A stretch of DNA of 64,000 bases from positions 159,526,001 to 159,590,000 of the forward strand of contig OZ024740.1 of NCBI GenBank assembly GCA_964016885.1, read 5' to 3'. Below are positions 58,680 through 64,000 of this stretch, piece after piece. The notes beneath the pieces were generated by a model. That model was not told the origin of the DNA. It saw only the letters and a list, made by a program, of their open reading frames with translations, and made no database searches. The DNA comes from Eledone cirrhosa. Its lineage: Eukaryota. The position numbers and the translations under genes were made by a program. Each line of letters starts with the position of its first letter. Positions within the stretch are counted from its first letter, which is position 1.

Positions 58680-59645
58680 AATTAGAAACACACAGATACA
58701 TGCGGACACACACACATATATACATGAATGCATCCGCACCCAACTGTGAGTTAAGGGTGCCAACTTCACCGATGTTGCTCAATGAATGACTGGGACAGAC
58801 CAATTCAGTTGAACTAGACTGAACCCAGTATCAGAGTTAAAAATACATTATGAAGAGAGAAGAAACATTTAGATATAATTAGTAATAAAATATATCATAC
58901 CTAAACTGCTCCTAAATTCCTCGACTACGTAGTTTCGTGGCATAAACAAAAACAATATATCATAAAGATATAGAGTCCTTGCGAGGTCTGCCGACTTATC
59001 AAGAGGATACCTCATTTTACTAGTCTCAAGAACGCGTCTACACGACGTGAGAAAGAATCCCAAAAGGCGGAGGGGGGAGATAGTCACGCGATATAACGGT
59101 CGAGAAACAGAGCAACATCGGTGAAGTTGGCACCCTTAACTCACAGTTGGGTGCGGATGCATTCATGTATATATGTGTGTGTGTCCGCATGTATCTGTGT
59201 GTTTCTAATTATATTGTTAATAACTCCCTCTGGTCGAGCAATCTTTGAGGTGTGGGGACAGCTGGAAGGCTTCCATTACTCATACTTCTCGCCTTCTTCA
59301 CCACCTCTTCTACGGCCTCGATATAAATACCCCCTCCGCCTCCGTGGTATTTTCTTCGGGGTTATAAGAGGCTTAGCTCTGTTTCTCGACCGTTATATCG
59401 CGAGACTATCTCCCCCTCCGCCTTTTGGGATTCTTTCTCACGTCGTGTAGACGCGTTCTTGAGACTAGTAAAATGAGGTATCCTCTTGATAAGTCGGCAG
59501 ACCTCGCAAGGACTCTATATCTTTATGATATATTGTTTTTGTTTATGCCACGAAACTACGTAGTCGAGGAATTTAGGAGCAGTTTAGGTATGATACATTT
59601 TATTACTAATTATATCTAAATGTTTCTTCTCTCTTCATAATGTAT
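58680..59645. mobile_element. Double inverted-repeat element (A-x-B-A'-y-B') with hammerhead-like motif
   Basis: 58680-58780 pairs with 59110-59210; 58843-59113 pairs with 59376-59645. Confidence 0.85.
59481..59570 (+). ncRNA. Hammerhead ribozyme-like motif with long stem II insertion
   Basis: UCCUC UUGAUAA GUcGGC...GCCAC GAAAC UACGUA GUC GAGGA; inverted copy at 58918-59007. Confidence 0.65.
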
Positions 59646-59669
59646 ATATATATATAGAGAGAGAGAGAG

Positions 59670-62600
59670 CGAAAATGCCAAAGTTAAAGTCAAATTCACC
59701 TCGTGGACGAGAATGCGAGCACTCCTCTTTGTTTCGCCCGCGGATGGCTAACATAACCCCATCTCCCCCCGCCCCCCACCACCCCCACCCTCCAAACGCA
59801 ATCCAAAACTTCAGAGTTGGTACCATAAATGTAGGCACCCTAAAGGGTCGCGCTAACGAGGTTGTAGAAATGCTTGAACGTAAGGAGGTCGATGTTTGTT
59901 GTATTCAAGAGACCAGGTGGAGGGGTGGGTCTGCTAGATTCATTGAGGGTAAAAAAACGATGTTATAAGCTTTTCTGGGTGGGAAACGACGATGGGCTGG
60001 GTGGAGTAGGAATCATGGTAGCAGAAAAGTGGGCAGATAAGATAATAGACGTAAATAGAGTGAACGACAGAATAATTAAAATACGACTTGTCCTCAATAG
60101 AACTACGGTGACAGTAATATCTGCGTACGCACCCCAATCCGGACTGCCCGGCACTATAAAAGACAGATTCTATGAGACACTGATGCTCACTACCTCCCAA
60201 ATATCTGACAGTGACTATATAATTATTGCAGGCGACCTAAATGGTCACGTTGGACAACATTGTGACGGCTACGACGAAATCCATGGAGGCTATGGGTTTG
60301 GTACTAGAAATGAGGAAGGCTCAAGAATCCTGGAATTCTGTGATGCAAATAACCTAACTATCTGTAACGCTAACTTCAAAAAACGTGACAATCACCTGAT
60401 CACCTATAGATCCGGGGAACACACAAGCCAGGTAGATTATATCCTTACCAGAAGACGTGGCAGAGTGTCTGTTGTAAACACTAAATCCCTCCCCCATGAA
60501 GAATGCACCTCCCAACATATACTGATAATTAGCGACCTCATAGTCAGGACGAGACGTACTCGTCAGCAGAAGAGGACTATCCTCAGGAGAAAAATATGGA
60601 AGCTAAAGGACCCCACAGCCAAAAATAAATTTCAAAACATATTACTTGATGCTTTCGACAGTAAGGAAGAACATTTAGAGTCGGACAATATAGAGGGACA
60701 GTGGGAATTTCTGAAAGTAAACCTGCTGTTGGCGATAGACGAAGTCTGTGGCTGGAGCAGGCCTGTAGGCAGGAGGAGAGTAACATGGTGGTGGAACAGT
60801 AAGGTGGAGGGGTCAATTAAGGCCAAAAAGCAGGCTTGGAAAGTATGGCGGGATGGGGGAAGTAGAGTAGACTATCAAGTGGCCAGGAGGGAAGCTAGGA
60901 GAGAAGTGTACTTAGCAAGAAGGGAAGCTGAGGAAAGAAAGTTCAAGCATGTTCTACAACGCGATGACCAAAAACGTGAGGTGTTCAGGATTGCTAGGCA
61001 ATGCGTCAAGGAAAACCGTGATATTGTCGGGGAGAAGTGTGTACTTAACGATGATGGCATACTTGCCATCACCGACACTGATAAGAAGGTAGCTTGGAAG
61101 TGTCACTATGAAAGGCTACTAAATGAGGAGAATAAATGGGAGAAAGACAGTCTCCCCCATATCGACCCAATAGAGGGACCAGCAGTGTTAGTCGAGGGGA
61201 GTATAATAAGTAAGGCAATCAAGGATATGAAGACAGGTAAGGCGGCTGGGCCTTCGGAAATAGTTGCTGAGATGCTGAAGGCATCTGGCACGGTGGGACA
61301 CACTATGGTCACTCGCATAGTTAACGATGTCATACAGAATGGGGTTCCGAAGGACTGGCATAGCAGCATCATCGTTAACTGTTATAAGGGTAAAGGAGAC
61401 GCCCTAGATAGGAGTAACTATAGAGGCATTAAATTAATCGACCAGGTCATGAAGGTCACGGAAAAAGTAATAGCGCAACTAATCAGAGAGAGAATTGACC
61501 TAGATGAAATGCAGTTCGGGTTTGTGTCAGGCAAAAGTACCACAGACGCTCTTTTCATAGTACGACAACTACAGGAGAAGTTCCTAGCTAAAGGTAAACC
61601 CCTCTACTTAGCTTTTGTCGACTTGGAGAAAGCCTTCGACAGAGTCCCCCGCTCCATTATCTGGTGGGCTCTTAGAAAACTAGGCGTTGACGAATGGCTT
61701 GTGAGGGCTATACAAGCCATGTATAAAGAAACAGTCAGCAAGGTTAGAATTAACAACGAATATAGTGAAGAGTTTAGCGTAAAAGTTGGCGTCCATCAGG
61801 GCTCTGTTCTCAGCCCCCTACTATTTATTATTGCCCTTCAGGCTATAACAGAGGAGTTCAAGACAGGCTGCCCATGGGAACTCCTATACGCAGACGACCT
61901 GACACTCATAGCGGAATCAATGGCCGAGCTAGAGAAGAAATTCCAAACATGGAAGCACGGCCTAGAGTCAAAAGGACTTAAAATTAACCTGGCTAAGACC
62001 AAAGTTCTAGTTTGTAGGAAAGAAAACAAGGCGGCGGTCCCTTCTGGGAAATGGTCGTGCTCGGTGTGTAGGAAAGGCGTAGGTAGAAACTCCATTTTAT
62101 GTCCTAAATGCAAAGTATGGGTGCATAAAAGATGTAGTGGGATCACAGGTAAGCTAACTAAGAACATAGATTTTACATGTGGCCGGTGTTCTGGTGCAAT
62201 AAGTAGCAGCAAGTGCCCACAAAATACTAGCTCTTTCAATTGCGCAGAGGGTTCTATAGAAATAGTGGACAGCTTCCGTTACCTGGGCGATAAAATCAGC
62301 AGTGGCGGAGGGTGCTCTGAAAGTACAGTAGCTAGAGTCAGAACTGGTTGGAAAAAGTTCAGAGAGCTTATACCACTATTAGCTGCTAAAGGGTTCTCCC
62401 TAAAAATGAAAGGCAGGTTGTACGATGCCTGCATACGAACAGCAATGTTGCATGGCAGTGAGACCTGGGCATTGTGTGCAGAGGATATACGCAGACTAGA
62501 GAGGAACGAAGCTTGCATGCTCCGCTGGATGTGTAACAGTAATATACGTGAACGGGAAAGCATAAACGAACTAAGGAAAAAATTAGAGATAAGAGGGATC

Positions 62601-63213
62601 AGATGTTGTTTACTCGAGAGAAGGCTACGTTGGTATGGACACGTGATGCGCATGAAAGTCGATAGCTGTATAACAAAGTGCAGGGCAATAAAGATAGACG
62701 GTAGCCACGGAATAGGCAGACCTAGAAAAACCTGGGACGAGCTGATAAACTCCGACCTCACACACTTACACCTCTCCAAGACAATGTCACTGGACCGAGA
62801 TCTTTGGCGGTACTCAGTAACAGAGAAGACCCGCCTTGCCAGTAGGCATCTCTAACAAAATACACCCCGTCCCACCACCACCACCCCCACCCCATCCACA
62901 CCACCCCGTTCTATGTAAAGTTATGTTGGTGCCGCGCCATCCAGCCCGAAACAAATGAGATCGTGTAGGTGTCACGACAAAAAAAACACACAGTCCACGC
63001 TGTAATGTGGCCGTGTAGGCAACACGGTAAAAACCTCCCAGACCCACACTGTAAATGTGGTTGGTGTTAGGAAGGGCATCCAACTGTAGAAAACCTGCCA
63101 GACAGTCCTATGCGAGCAAGACAATCACTCTTGCCTCAAGTGGGACTACCCCCGTCCAAACCCATGCAAGCGTGGAACACAGACGTTAAACGTTGATGAT
63201 GATGATGATGATG
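59670..63213 (+). mobile_element. Near full-length RTE LINE family A
   Basis: APE endonuclease plus RT ORF, 3' UTR and (GAT)n tail; TA/GA repeats on both sides. Confidence 0.97.
59675..62855 (+). CDS. RTE polyprotein (APE endonuclease, RT, inserted PHD-like finger) with a single frameshift at A7 59951-59957
   Basis: 59675-59968 gives GTINVGTL...CCIQETRW; the 59874-62855 frame continues with YKLFWVG, SAYAPQ, GDLNGHVG, VDYIL, YADD and RRLRWYGHV; removing one A joins the two frames. Confidence 0.9.
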
Positions 63214-63554
63214 ATATACATATATATAGTATATATATATATATAGTATATATATATATGTTTATAAATATATACCATTCAATTATTGAGGTCATCATTT
63301 TAATAATATTTACCGGCACACAAATCTCATGGCTTGTGCATAGATTAAAATCCATTATTGTATTCTATGTATTTTCTTTTGTTTTGTTGTGGTGACTTCC
63401 CATCTGTCAGGGTAGTCTGTGGTTTTGTCTTATTTCAAGGATATTGGAAAGTCATAGTTTCTTTGTGTTGGTGCGTGAAATTTTTGGTTTATCATTAGCA
63501 TGATCTAAACTAATTTTTGTATATCTATTTTTATATATTTTTATATATATATAT

Positions 63555-63856
63555 GGAGGCACATGGCTTGGTGGTTGGAGCATTGGCCTTGCAATCGAAG
63601 GGTTGTGGGTTCAATTCTCGGACCGGGTGATGTGTTGTTTCCTTGAGCAGGACACTTTATTTCATATTGCTCCAGTTTACTCAGCTGTAGAAATGAGATG
63701 ATAGGGACTGGGGTCCCTATCATCTCATTTCTGAGTAAACTGGAGCAATGTGAAATGGGGTGTCTTGCTCGGGGACGCAACACATCGCTCGGACTGAGAA
63801 TTGAACTCACAACCTTTTGTTTGCAAGGCTAATGCTCTAACCACTGGGCCATGTGC

Positions 63857-63859
<3 letters not shown>
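63555..63859. mobile_element. Head-to-head fold-back of the tRNA-SINE 5' half
   Basis: 63555-63708 is SINE sense and 63714-63859 is antisense, hinged on the ATGATAGGGAC-tggg-GTCCCTATCAT hairpin; flanked by (TA)n and (CT)n. Confidence 0.9.
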
Positions 63860-63891
<32 letters not shown>

Positions 63892-64000
63892 CTATATATA
63901 TATATATATATACTATATATATATATATATACTATGTATATACTATATATATATATATATATATATAATCGAATGTATATATATATATATATATATATAT

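Noticed and set aside
61838-62779. Recurring antisense ORFs within RTE copies
   Set aside because: Shadow frames of the RT ORF, repeated only because the element is repeated.

Overview
AT-rich eukaryotic (animal) DNA made almost entirely of repeats. I found no host protein-coding gene. The SINE/LINE repertoire and very long (TA)n tracts resemble a cephalopod (octopus-like) genome, which is an inference. Contents: (1) several RTE-clade LINE families, including a near-intact ~3.5 kb copy (59670-63213, one A7 frameshift) whose RT carries an inserted C4HC3 PHD-type finger; (2) a CR1-type LINE, an RNase H-bearing LINE relic and two 5'-inverted LINE relics; (3) tRNA-derived SINEs with RTE-derived tails; (4) piggyBac-type TTAA MITEs; (5) two Penelope-like GIY-YIG remnants plus about a dozen non-coding fold-back or tandem elements sitting in (TA)n tracts, many with a minimal type I hammerhead ribozyme skeleton. 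The most striking observations are a head-to-head SINE hairpin (63555-63859) with 15 same-strand A-to-G changes across both arms, as expected if an ADAR-hyper-edited dsRNA was written back into DNA, and the hammerhead fold-back elements, one of which is circularly permuted. All alignments and folds were done by eye, so coordinates of degenerate elements are approximate.
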